Assembly: GCA_012964665.1 (NCBI GenBank)
Contig: DTTO01000060.1
Span: 4,522-68,521, forward strand
Source: Fidelibacterota bacterium
GTDB taxonomy: Bacteria > Fidelibacterota > Marinisomatia > Marinisomatales > TCS55
Direction: 5' to 3'
Length of the DNA: 64,000 bases
In this document: one piece after another, positions 8,637 to 18,057 of the stretch
How positions within the stretch are numbered: the first letter of the stretch is position 1
Layout of the letters: every line of letters starts with the position of its first letter
Program-made: the position numbers and the translations under genes
Notes under the pieces: generated by a model
The model's database searches: none
Told to the model about the DNA's origin: nothing
Seen by the model: the letters and a program-made list of their open reading frames with translations, nothing else

Positions 8637-10691
8637 ATGGATTTTGAATTTTTGTATGAAGCTGATTTAGTTCTGTGGGTAATTCTATTTATAGGCACGG
8701 GATTATTTGTTTATTTGTATAAGATTCTATTTAATGAAAAGTGGTATCAATTATTAATTAGCTATCGCATCATTATTTTTTTTATTCTAGGTATTATGTT
8801 GTTAAATCCAGTTATAAACTTTTCAGGTGAAAAAGAGAAAAAATTGGATTGGGCTATATTTATTGATAATTCTGCAAGTATAAAATATCACCAAATACCT
8901 TCCATTAATGCGGTTCAATTGGGGATACAGTCACTGGTTAATCAACTTTCGGAAAAAAATATTTCCTATCAATTATATCAATTTGCTGACAAAATCCAAA
9001 AAGTGAATACACCTAAACTTATTGGCAATGGTGTTACAACCAATATAGGGATCATTCCAGAAAAAATAAAGCAGATTGAAAATCAGATAGCTGGCGCAGT
9101 GATCATTTCTGATGGTTTAATTACTGAAGGCAAGAATCCGATAAAGGATTTCCAACAATTTGATTTTCCTATTCACACTATCGGTATTGGGGAAGGAAGT
9201 AAATTGGTAGATGTAATGATTGAATCTATAGATATTCCCACGGTGGTATTAAAAAGTGACTGGGTTGATGTCAATATTACAATCCAATCTGTGGGAAATA
9301 TTGGAGATCGATTAAGTGTTTCCTTATATAACAATAGTGAATTACAAGGATCCAAACATATCCGGCTTATGGGAATGGAATCAAAAAAAGATGTTAATTT
9401 TCGATTCCGTCCAAAAGAGATTGGTAAACAACAATATGAAGTTCGAATTTCATCCGTGGAAGATGAAATTGATATTCAGAATAATCGTCAAGAGTTCAGC
9501 CTGCTTGTATTAAAGGACCAGTATAAAGTTGCCCTCCTAACCGGAAGCCCCAATAAAAATACGTCTGTGTTGAAACGAAAATTAAAAAATAATCCGCGGG
9601 TTGCGTTAGATCATTTTATTCGAATAACAGAAACACGATTCCGGCCGGCAATCAAATCATTTTGGGAATCTCCATACGAATTAATTATTTTCGATAATTA
9701 CCCGATCAAGCCATTGTCATCTGATTTTGTCCGTATATTAGGAAAAAAATTATTGTCAAACCAATCGGCGTTATTTTTAATCCTGGGGCCCAATCAGTCT
9801 ATCGTTTCTTTAAATGGAATTACTTCTATTTTAGGTGTGGTAACCGAAGACAGTACTATTGAATCAAATCGGTTTTATTGGGAATTTCTTGATGAACAAA
9901 TAGATGCAGGTGGAAACTTTCCACCACTTAAACAAAGTATTCTAATTAGTGGGAAAGAGGCTTCATCAGACACGCTAGCGGTATCTGAAAAAGGTTGGCC
10001 TCTATGGCTTAGGAATCAAAATGGAAATATACGTACCATGATTTGGGCTTCCCCGGAATTAAATACACTCTATTTTCATGATCAAAAATTATCGCAAGAA
10101 GGATCATTCTCTGCGATTTGGAATCAGGCCATATCCTGGCTGTTGAAAAGTGGTGGAGAACATGAAAATTTTTTTAGGCTTAATAAAAATCGATATCAAC
10201 AAGGAGAAATGGTTCAGATTACCGGTACACAGCCGTTTGAAAAAACTCAAAATGAAACAGAAAATATAATCATTAACGTGATGCATGGGTCTACTGATAT
10301 CATTACACGGGATATATCATATAATATCGAAGAACAGCGCTGGATTGGAGAATTCCGTGCCCCTGGTCCGGGAGAATACAATTATTCAATTCAATTGGGA
10401 TCTAATCAGGATTCCATCCAAACTGGAACTTTCCAGATTTTAGAAAGCCAAATTGAGCTCAATCAGGTGTATTTAAATAAAAAACTACTAGCAACGATAT
10501 CAAATAGTACCAATGGTCAATTTTTTGTTTGGGGGTCTCGTGATAGCCTCTTTAATAAAATAAATCCAGAAGTGCGCCGCGAATTCAAAGCAGAAATCAT
10601 TAAATTCAATGAAAGTAGAGTTTTATTAATTATTATGATTCTCTTGTTATGTATTGAATGGTTTATTCGTCGCAATAGAGGGTTATCCTGA
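8637..10691 (+). CDS. large membrane-anchored vWA-domain protein (BatA/BatB-like architecture), function unknown
   Basis: Two N-terminal TM helices and one C-terminal TM helix. MIDAS-like motifs FIDNSAS (DxSxS), GVTTNIG and VIISDG. Confidence 0.5.
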   Translation: MDFEFLYEADLVLWVILFIGTGLFVYLYKILFNEKWYQLLISYRIIIFFILGIMLLNPVINFSGEKEKKLDWAIFIDNSASIKYHQIPSINAVQLGIQSLVNQLSEKNISYQLYQFADKIQKVNTPKLIGNGVTTNIGIIPEKIKQIENQIAGAVIISDGLITEGKNPIKDFQQFDFPIHTIGIGEGSKLVDVMIESIDIPTVVLKSDWVDVNITIQSVGNIGDRLSVSLYNNSELQGSKHIRLMGMESKKDVNFRFRPKEIGKQQYEVRISSVEDEIDIQNNRQEFSLLVLKDQYKVALLTGSPNKNTSVLKRKLKNNPRVALDHFIRITETRFRPAIKSFWESPYELIIFDNYPIKPLSSDFVRILGKKLLSNQSALFLILGPNQSIVSLNGITSILGVVTEDSTIESNRFYWEFLDEQIDAGGNFPPLKQSILISGKEASSDTLAVSEKGWPLWLRNQNGNIRTMIWASPELNTLYFHDQKLSQEGSFSAIWNQAISWLLKSGGEHENFFRLNKNRYQQGEMVQITGTQPFEKTQNETENIIINVMHGSTDIITRDISYNIEEQRWIGEFRAPGPGEYNYSIQLGSNQDSIQTGTFQILESQIELNQVYLNKKLLATISNSTNGQFFVWGSRDSLFNKINPEVRREFKAEIIKFNESRVLLIIMILLLCIEWFIRRNRGLS

Positions 10692-10725
10692 ATATGCTGA
10701 AATTAAAATTAAAAAAGGTCTATAG

Positions 10726-12036
10726 ATGAGGCGAATTACAATTATTGGAACCGGTTATGTTGGTTTGGTTAGTGGAGCTGGTCTTTCTGAATTTGGCCAT
10801 CATGTTATATGTTCCGATGTTGATAAGAATAAAATCAAAGAATTGAAGTCAGGTCAAATTCCGATTTATGAACGGGGTTTAGAATCGCTTGTTAAGCAAA
10901 ATGTTGCTAAGGGGCGTCTTCATTTTTCATGGGACGTTCACAAAGTGATCCAAGATTCTGAAATTATTTTTATTACTGTGGGTACGCCTCAAGGAAATAA
11001 TGGAGAATCGGATTTAGGCGCTGTTGAAAGCGTAGCAAAAGCCATCGGTGAAAATTTAAACGGCTATAAGGTTATATGTACAAAAAGTACGGTTCCCGTT
11101 GGCACGGGGAAATGGATCGAGGATATTATCCGTACCATTCAGCCAAATGCCGATTTTGATTATGTATCGAACCCGGAGTTTTTAAGGGAGGGTGCTGCAA
11201 TAAAAGACTTTATGCATCCTGACCGTGTAGTAATCGGTACGAGAACGTCAAAAGCGCTTGAGGTAATGCGTGAAGTATATCGTGCATTATATATTAACGA
11301 AACCCCAATTTTATCGACTTCTGTTGAAACAGCAGAAATGGTCAAATATGCTTCCAATGCATTCCTAGCATTAAAGATAAGTTATATTAATGAAATAGCA
11401 AATCTGTGTGAAATGGTTGGTGCAGATGTTCATGAAGTTGCGCGGGCAATGGGACTTGATGGACGCATTAGCCCGAAATTTTTGCATCCTGGCCCGGGAT
11501 TTGGCGGTTCCTGTTTTCCAAAAGATATGCATGCTTTGGTCGCCACAGGACTCAAAAACAATAGTCCATTGCCTACAATTGAAGCGGCGATAAAAACCAA
11601 TGTGTCCCAGAAGACTAGAATGGTGGGAAAATTAAAGCGGCTCATAAATGATCTGAATGGAAAAACTGTAGCGGTCCTCGGATTAGCCTTTAAGCCTCAA
11701 ACAGATGATGTACGAGAGGCTGCTTCAAAAGTGGTTGTTTCCGAACTGGTTAAATCTGGCGTGATAGTACATGCCTACGATCCTATTGCTATAGAAAATT
11801 TCAAAAACCATTTCCCTGACATTAATTATTTTGGCTCTTGGCAGGGGGCGGTGAAAGATGCAGATGCTTGCATCATTCTCACTGAATGGAATGAGTTTCG
11901 CGGAATGGATTTAGGTGAATTAAAAACCTTAATGAAAGTACCCATAATTCTTGATACAAAAAATATTTTGAACATCCAAGAATTGGAGTCGTTAGATTTT
12001 ACTTACGACAATGTTGGCCGGAGAAAATCTGAATGA
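10726..12036 (+). CDS. ugd: UDP-glucose 6-dehydrogenase
   Basis: Rossmann GTGYVGLVSGAG, catalytic GFGGSCFPKD, 436 aa. Confidence 0.9.
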   Translation: MRRITIIGTGYVGLVSGAGLSEFGHHVICSDVDKNKIKELKSGQIPIYERGLESLVKQNVAKGRLHFSWDVHKVIQDSEIIFITVGTPQGNNGESDLGAVESVAKAIGENLNGYKVICTKSTVPVGTGKWIEDIIRTIQPNADFDYVSNPEFLREGAAIKDFMHPDRVVIGTRTSKALEVMREVYRALYINETPILSTSVETAEMVKYASNAFLALKISYINEIANLCEMVGADVHEVARAMGLDGRISPKFLHPGPGFGGSCFPKDMHALVATGLKNNSPLPTIEAAIKTNVSQKTRMVGKLKRLINDLNGKTVAVLGLAFKPQTDDVREAASKVVVSELVKSGVIVHAYDPIAIENFKNHFPDINYFGSWQGAVKDADACIILTEWNEFRGMDLGELKTLMKVPIILDTKNILNIQELESLDFTYDNVGRRKSE

Positions 12037-12590
12037 AAGTAATTCAAACAACGATTCTTGGAGTGGTAATAATTGAGCCTACAGTTCATTCGGATAAACG
12101 GGGCTATTTTTTTGAGTCCTTTAAAACGTCTGACTTTCAAGCCCATGGACTCCCGACCCATTTTGTCCAGGACAATCAAGCAAAATCTACTAAGGGTGTA
12201 TTGCGGGGATTACATTACCAATTGGATTATCCTCAGGGGAAACTGGTTTGGGTAAGTGCTGGAAAAGTAATGGATGTCGCAGTAGATATCCGTAAAGAAT
12301 CACCTACTTTTGGCCAGCATGTATCCACCACCTTGGATAATAAAAACCACAACCGTGTCTACGTACCGCCTGGATTTGCACATGGATACTATGTCTTATC
12401 CGAAACAGCCGTTTTTCAATATAAGTGTACAGATTATTACCATCCGGAAGATGAATATGGTCTCAATTGGAATGATCCTGGGATTGGAATAAAATGGACG
12501 AACGGAGATAAATTAGTATCTGAAAAAGATAATGCATTCCCTAATTTGGAAGACATGGATCCAAACTTATTGCCACCATATTCAGGATAA
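12033..12590 (+). CDS. rfbC: dTDP-4-dehydrorhamnose 3,5-epimerase
   Basis: DKRGYFFESF ... RGLHYQ ... cupin motifs of RmlC. ATGA overlap with ugd. Confidence 0.9.
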   Translation: MKVIQTTILGVVIIEPTVHSDKRGYFFESFKTSDFQAHGLPTHFVQDNQAKSTKGVLRGLHYQLDYPQGKLVWVSAGKVMDVAVDIRKESPTFGQHVSTTLDNKNHNRVYVPPGFAHGYYVLSETAVFQYKCTDYYHPEDEYGLNWNDPGIGIKWTNGDKLVSEKDNAFPNLEDMDPNLLPPYSG

Positions 12591-12594
12591 TTAG

Positions 12595-13863
12595 ATGTTA
12601 TCAATTGATATTATTCGCAATAACCCAAAAGAAGTAGAGCAAGGGTTAGCTCGGAAGGGTGAAAAATTATTAATTAATGAAATTATTAAGCTTGATGAAT
12701 CGTACAGATCTGATTTAGCACAGGCGAATGAAATGCGTGCCAAGCGTAATGTTTCTTCTGATAAAATTGCTCAGGCAAAAAAATTAGGGGAAAATGTAGA
12801 TAAAGCAATCAATGCTATGCGTAAACTATCTCAAAAGATTAAAGTGCTAGAAGAAAAAACTCAATCATCCAAGAATGATCTGGAGCAATTGCTACTAGGT
12901 TTACCAAATATACCTCATGAATCCGTACCGGAAGGCAAGGATGAAAAAAATAATCAATTGGTTCGGGAATGGGGAGAAACACTGGATCGAGATTTTAATA
13001 TTATGGCACATCTTGAATTAGGCAAAGCTTTGAGCTTATTTGATTTTGAACGCGGCGCAAAAATTTCTGGTTCTGGTTTTCCGCTTTATACTGGTAAAGG
13101 TGCCAAATTAGAACGTGCACTCATTAACTTTATGCTTGATTTCCAAACGGAACAGCACGGTTACAAGGAAATCTTTCCACCTTTTCTTGTAAGGCCAGAA
13201 TCAGCGGTTACAACGGGACAATTACCAAAATTAGCTGATGATATGTATGCTTCTGAAAAAGATGATCTCTGGTTGATACCAACGGCGGAAGTTCCTTTAA
13301 CAAATATTCACCAAAATGAAATCCTTTCTGAAGATCAATTGCCAATCAATTATACGGCTTATTCTGCATGTTTTCGGCGAGAGGCTGGTTCTTATGGTAA
13401 AGATACTCATGGTTTTTTAAGGGTGCACCAATTTAATAAAGTCGAATTAGTCAAATTTGTCAAACCCAAAAATTCCTATAAAGAATTGGAAAAACTGGTA
13501 GAACAAGCTGAAGCTATTCTCCAGTCACTAGGGTTAAAATACCGTGTGATCGAATTGTGCGCTGGGGATTTAAGTTTTGCAGCTGCCAAATGTTATGACC
13601 TAGAACTGTGGGCGCCGGGTGAAGAAAAATGGCTTGAAGTATCCTCTTGCAGTAATTTTGAAGATTTTCAAGCTCGCCGTGGCAATATTCGGTATCGTAG
13701 AAATTCAGATAAAAAAGTCGAATTTGTCCATACCTTAAATGGTAGCGGAGTAGCTACGCCAAGGCTACTTGTCGCTTTATTAGAAACATATCAAAATAAA
13801 GATGGGACTATCTCCATCCCTGAACCACTTCAACCATATTTTGGTAGGGAGGTAATAGATTAG
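12595..13863 (+). CDS. serS: serine--tRNA ligase
   Basis: N-terminal coiled-coil arm and class II motifs (TAEVPL, FRREAGS, GSGVATPR). Confidence 0.95.
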   Translation: MLSIDIIRNNPKEVEQGLARKGEKLLINEIIKLDESYRSDLAQANEMRAKRNVSSDKIAQAKKLGENVDKAINAMRKLSQKIKVLEEKTQSSKNDLEQLLLGLPNIPHESVPEGKDEKNNQLVREWGETLDRDFNIMAHLELGKALSLFDFERGAKISGSGFPLYTGKGAKLERALINFMLDFQTEQHGYKEIFPPFLVRPESAVTTGQLPKLADDMYASEKDDLWLIPTAEVPLTNIHQNEILSEDQLPINYTAYSACFRREAGSYGKDTHGFLRVHQFNKVELVKFVKPKNSYKELEKLVEQAEAILQSLGLKYRVIELCAGDLSFAAAKCYDLELWAPGEEKWLEVSSCSNFEDFQARRGNIRYRRNSDKKVEFVHTLNGSGVATPRLLVALLETYQNKDGTISIPEPLQPYFGREVID

Positions 13864-13996
13864 TTTCCGTTCTTTTTGGTATTTAATTAATCTTGTTGTT
13901 TGGACGCTCCTTTTTGCAAGTCTCGGTATAATTGGTTCTCTATTTGATTGGCGGGGAAAATTTTTAGGTTGGGTTGCCCGAACGTGGTCTAAAATA

Positions 13997-14581
13997 TTGT
14001 TAGCTATTGCCGGTATTAAATACAGTATAATTGGTTTGGAGAGATTAGATTTAAATAGCCACTATGTCTTTGCAGCCAATCACGAATCAGCATTGGATAT
14101 ACCTTTGGTCTTTGCTGGATTACCATTCCATGTAGTGGCTATTTCTAAAATTGAGTTGAAATGGATTCCAATATTTGGATGGGCCATGATAGCTGGCGGA
14201 CATTTTTTCGTTGATCGAAAAAACCATACTCGAGCACTAAAGTCGCTCGAAAAAGCAAAATCATCTATGGCAAAAAATCCCCGTTCAATTATCATATACC
14301 CTGAGGGAACCCGTTCCCTAGATGGGAAAGTAAAACCATTTAAAAAAGGAGGCCTTGTTATGGCAATGCAAATGGGTGTTCCCGTAGTGCCCATTGCACT
14401 CTGCGGAACAAGAGATGTATTGAAAAAGAAAGGACTTACCTTAAACCGGCAAGCGATAGAACTACGAATCGGAAACCCAATTGAAACCCAAAACTTAGGC
14501 TCTGAGAATCGTAATCAATTTGTTGAGGATGTAAGGCAAGAAGTAATTGCACTAAAAGCTAAATGGAGAAATGCTGCTTAA
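13997..14581 (+). CDS. plsC: 1-acyl-sn-glycerol-3-phosphate acyltransferase (5' end probably lies upstream, see findings)
   Basis: Acyltransferase motif I NHESALD (HX4D) and motif III YPEGTRS. The only canonical start is TTG at 13997, but the frame is open from 13859 and encodes a TM helix. Confidence 0.8.
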   Translation: MLAIAGIKYSIIGLERLDLNSHYVFAANHESALDIPLVFAGLPFHVVAISKIELKWIPIFGWAMIAGGHFFVDRKNHTRALKSLEKAKSSMAKNPRSIIIYPEGTRSLDGKVKPFKKGGLVMAMQMGVPVVPIALCGTRDVLKKKGLTLNRQAIELRIGNPIETQNLGSENRNQFVEDVRQEVIALKAKWRNAA

Positions 14582-14637
14582 ATGGAATCTTTTTGTGATT
14601 AGTAACTAATTATGTGCCTTCCTTAAAGAAGATAAAT

Positions 14638-15132
14638 ATGCCTATTTGGACTAATACAGAAGCCAAACTTGAAATTAGTAAATTAAAATCATCAGGTCAA
14701 AAAGTGGTGTTTACTAATGGATGTTTCGATATTTTACATAAAGGTCATACGACCTATTTACAATCAGCCAGTAAACTGGGCAATACACTAATTATTGGTT
14801 TGAATTCGGATGAATCTGTAAATAGCCTGAAAGGTCCAGGGCGACCGATTAATAATGAAACAGATCGTGCTAAAGTATTATTATCCCTAGACTTTGTAGA
14901 TGCAGTGGTAATATTTAATGAAGAAACGCCTCAGGAATTAATCCGTGAACTTTTACCGAATGTATTGGTAAAGGGTGGTGATTATAATAAAAATGAAATT
15001 GCCGGATCTTCAGATGTTGAAGCCAATGGTGGTGAAGTGAAGATCCTTCCATTTTTAAAAGGATATAGTACTACAAATATACTCCAAAAACAGTCGGGAA
15101 AAGGCTTGACTGAGGAAGATTCAGTCGGCTAA
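14638..15132 (+). CDS. D-glycero-beta-D-manno-heptose 1-phosphate adenylyltransferase (RfaE domain II-like cytidylyltransferase)
   Basis: VVFTNGCFDILHKGHTTYL nucleotidyltransferase motif, about 165 aa. ATG at 14638 is preferred over the upstream GTG at 14614. Confidence 0.75.
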   Translation: MPIWTNTEAKLEISKLKSSGQKVVFTNGCFDILHKGHTTYLQSASKLGNTLIIGLNSDESVNSLKGPGRPINNETDRAKVLLSLDFVDAVVIFNEETPQELIRELLPNVLVKGGDYNKNEIAGSSDVEANGGEVKILPFLKGYSTTNILQKQSGKGLTEEDSVG

Positions 15133-15162
15133 CTTCGCCACCAACTTTCACCCTAAATATAA

Positions 15163-16773
15163 ATGAAACAGACATTTACAAGAATTTTAATGCTGACGGT
15201 TTTGAGCATTAGTGTTGCGAGTCCCCAGAATCAAAAAGAAACTCAAACACAATCGGAGAATTATGAAAATGGCAATGGATTCGAAAATAATCAAAACCGT
15301 TTGCCGCAACTTTTGCGTGATGTAAAAATATTACTTTCAGATGCACTCATTGCAGACGTAATGGATGATACACTGGAAGCTGTTTATACACTGAACCGTA
15401 TATTTGATTTATTGACAGAAGCAGATCAATACGGCGATAAAAATGATGAAGACCAGGAAGAATTTGATCGCTTTGAAGCATCTATGATTGAATTGTACAC
15501 CCATAGGTTTACGGTATTGGATAAAGCCGATGCCGCCATTACTGCTGAGCAGCTCAGAATGGATATGACATTCTATACTGAACCGCTTGAAGTAGAAATG
15601 GGTGCCTCCCAATTTACGGTTGTAGATGACCGAGATGGACATATTCCATTGGTTCGGAATAAAAAAGTAAACCAGTTTATCCAATATTTTCAAACTAAAG
15701 GACGTAAGCAATTTGAGATTTGGTTGGACCGATTGGATAAATATGGTCCGATGATTAACCAAATTCTTAGCGAATGCAATTTACCCCCAGAACTGCTTTA
15801 TTTAGCGATGATCGAATCGGGTTTAAATCCGAAAGCCTATTCCAAAGCAGCAGCTAATGGTATGTGGCAGTTTATTTACACTACAGGAAAGCTATATGGG
15901 CTAGAAAGAAACTGGTATGTGGATGAGCGCCGTGACGTGGAAAAATCAACACGTGCCGCTTGTGCATATCTCACAGATTTATATAATGAATTTGATAATT
16001 GGTATTTGGCTATGGCAGCTTATAATTCTGGGGAAGGTAGAATTCGTCGTGCTACGCGATTACATCAAACATCCGATTTTTGGCAGCTTCATTCTTTGCC
16101 TCGGGAAACACGAAACTATATTCCTTACTATTTAGCCGCAACTATAATTGCGGTAAAACCTGCAGATTATGGTTTTTTTATCAAGGAGAAAAAACAAAGT
16201 CAACTAGATTTCGATATTGTTACCATTGAAAAAAGTGCTGATTTAACTGTCCTGGCCCGATCAGCTGAAACCTCATTCAAAACACTACAATCTTTAAACC
16301 CTGAATTAAGGCAATCCGCAACACCCACCAAAACCTACGCCTTGAAAATTCCAAATGGTAAAAAAGATATATTCATGAAAAATTATAATGCACTTCCGGA
16401 AAATGAGAGATTTGCTCCTCAGTTTGTTACTCATAAAGTAAGGAATGGTGAAAGTTTGTGGACCATCGCAAAAAAATACCGTATTTCAGTACACGATCTG
16501 GCGGCGGTGAATAAAATTAGGAATCGTAGTATGATTCGGATTAATCAGAAGCTTACAATTCCTGTTCCAGGGATGAATTTAGCTTCTATCCCAACATCAG
16601 AAATGCCGGGTTTTTATAAATTATCTTATAAAGTCAAGAAAGGCGATACACTAGGACATATCGCAGAAGATCACGGTACCCGTGCGTCTAATATCCGTAA
16701 ATGGAATAGTCTTAAATACGGTCAGTATATTTTTCCTGGACAGAAATTGACATTATGGATCAAACAGGGATAA
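15163..16773 (+). CDS. lytic murein transglycosylase with two LysM domains (MltD-like)
   Basis: Signal peptide. SLT catalytic region LYLAMIESGLNP...NGMWQF. Two C-terminal LysM repeats (HKVRNGESLWTIAKKY..., YKVKKGDTLGHIAEDH...). Confidence 0.85.
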   Translation: MKQTFTRILMLTVLSISVASPQNQKETQTQSENYENGNGFENNQNRLPQLLRDVKILLSDALIADVMDDTLEAVYTLNRIFDLLTEADQYGDKNDEDQEEFDRFEASMIELYTHRFTVLDKADAAITAEQLRMDMTFYTEPLEVEMGASQFTVVDDRDGHIPLVRNKKVNQFIQYFQTKGRKQFEIWLDRLDKYGPMINQILSECNLPPELLYLAMIESGLNPKAYSKAAANGMWQFIYTTGKLYGLERNWYVDERRDVEKSTRAACAYLTDLYNEFDNWYLAMAAYNSGEGRIRRATRLHQTSDFWQLHSLPRETRNYIPYYLAATIIAVKPADYGFFIKEKKQSQLDFDIVTIEKSADLTVLARSAETSFKTLQSLNPELRQSATPTKTYALKIPNGKKDIFMKNYNALPENERFAPQFVTHKVRNGESLWTIAKKYRISVHDLAAVNKIRNRSMIRINQKLTIPVPGMNLASIPTSEMPGFYKLSYKVKKGDTLGHIAEDHGTRASNIRKWNSLKYGQYIFPGQKLTLWIKQG

Positions 16774-17645
16774 AAAGACCCAAAACTAATTCTAAGTGGC
16801 TGTGGTGGGGGTTGGGAAGTTTTTTTGCCTTAGTCTTGACTTTTCAATTAGGAGTATGGTCGACAGGCATCTCAGGAGAAGGACCGGGTAAAAAAGTTGG
16901 TATTGTTAATGTTATTGGCCCCATCCTTAGTTCCGAAACAACGGTAAAGCAATTAGAAAAATTTCGTGAACGAAGTGATGTTTCTGCCATAGTAGTTCGA
17001 ATTGACTCTCCTGGTGGGTTAGTAGCACCAACCCAGGAAATTTATGAAAAGATTAAAGCGGTGAGGATGGAAAAACCTGTGGTATCCAGTTTGGGAACGG
17101 TTGCCGCTTCGGGAGGATATTATATTGCCTTGGGTGGTGATACACTGATGGCCAATCCAGGTACCATTATTGGGAGTATCGGAGTGGTGATGCAATTTCC
17201 GGTGATGACTGAATTATTGGACAAAGTCGGCATCGATTTTGAAACAGTAAAAAGCGGTGAATTAAAAGATGTGGGATCCTATTCGCGGGAGGTAACAGAA
17301 GCTGACAGGTACCATTTGAATGAAATGGTAGCCGATATGTACGATCAATTTGTTTCAGCTGTTGCCGTTAGTCGTAATATGACAATAGATGATGTTCTAC
17401 CTTTGGCAGATGGACGCGTATTTACGGGATTAAAATCAAAAGAATTCGGCCTTATTGATACTATAGGTACTTACGAAGATGCCATCTTCCTGGCAGGTTC
17501 AATGGGCGATATTTCAGGAAAACCAAAGACTGTCCAAGCACAGAAGAAACGCCCCTCGTTGCTGGACTGGATTTCTGGAAATTTGGGGCAAACAGTCAGC
17601 AATTGGTTTAATGAATTACCAGCCTATCGCTGGCGAATGGAGTAA
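16755..17645 (+). CDS. sppA: signal peptide peptidase SppA, 36K type
   Basis: N-terminal TM helix. S49 family motifs AASGGYYIA and GSIGV. 296 aa. Confidence 0.88.
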   Translation: MDQTGIKRPKTNSKWLWWGLGSFFALVLTFQLGVWSTGISGEGPGKKVGIVNVIGPILSSETTVKQLEKFRERSDVSAIVVRIDSPGGLVAPTQEIYEKIKAVRMEKPVVSSLGTVAASGGYYIALGGDTLMANPGTIIGSIGVVMQFPVMTELLDKVGIDFETVKSGELKDVGSYSREVTEADRYHLNEMVADMYDQFVSAVAVSRNMTIDDVLPLADGRVFTGLKSKEFGLIDTIGTYEDAIFLAGSMGDISGKPKTVQAQKKRPSLLDWISGNLGQTVSNWFNELPAYRWRME

Positions 17646-17650
17646 TAACC

Positions 17651-17935
17651 ATGACTAAACAAGATATCGTTAATACAGTTGCGGAAGCAACAGGATTGAC
17701 CAAAGTAGAAACGGAAGCGGTGATGAATGGCGTCATGGCCACTATCATCGAATCTTTAGGACGCAATGAAAGAGTTGAACTAAGAGGTTTTGGTACTTTT
17801 GGTGTGAAGCATCGGATGCCAAAAAAAGCCCGAAATCCCGGAACAGGCGAAGCAATTTATCTGCCCGAGAGACATGTGCCGACTTTTAAACCGGCCAAAC
17901 ATATGCGTTTACATGTAAATGATAGTCTGACATAA
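17651..17935 (+). CDS. HU/IHF family DNA-binding protein (IHF-beta-like)
   Basis: RGFGTFGVKHRMPKKARNPGTGEAIYLPERHVPTFKPAK beta-arm motif, 94 aa. Confidence 0.9.
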   Translation: MTKQDIVNTVAEATGLTKVETEAVMNGVMATIIESLGRNERVELRGFGTFGVKHRMPKKARNPGTGEAIYLPERHVPTFKPAKHMRLHVNDSLT

Positions 17936-17949
17936 TAAAATGAGGTGAT

Positions 17950-18045
17950 ATGCCCTGTGGCAAAAAACGTAAACGGCGTAAAATGAATACCCATAAGCGT
18001 AAAAAACGCTTACGCGCCAATCGTCATAAAAAGAAAAAAGTTTAA
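17950..18045 (+). CDS. 31-aa highly basic peptide, bS22/THX-like (AURKAIP1/COX24-type) putative ribosomal micro-protein
   Basis: Not in the ORF track (<60 aa). ATG preceded by GAGGTGA. Translation MPCGKKRKRRKMNTHKRKKRLRANRHKKKKV has 18 of 31 residues K/R. It fills the gap between two genes exactly. Confidence 0.6.
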   Translation: MPCGKKRKRRKMNTHKRKKRLRANRHKKKKV

Positions 18046-18057
18046 GACCCGTTTAAA

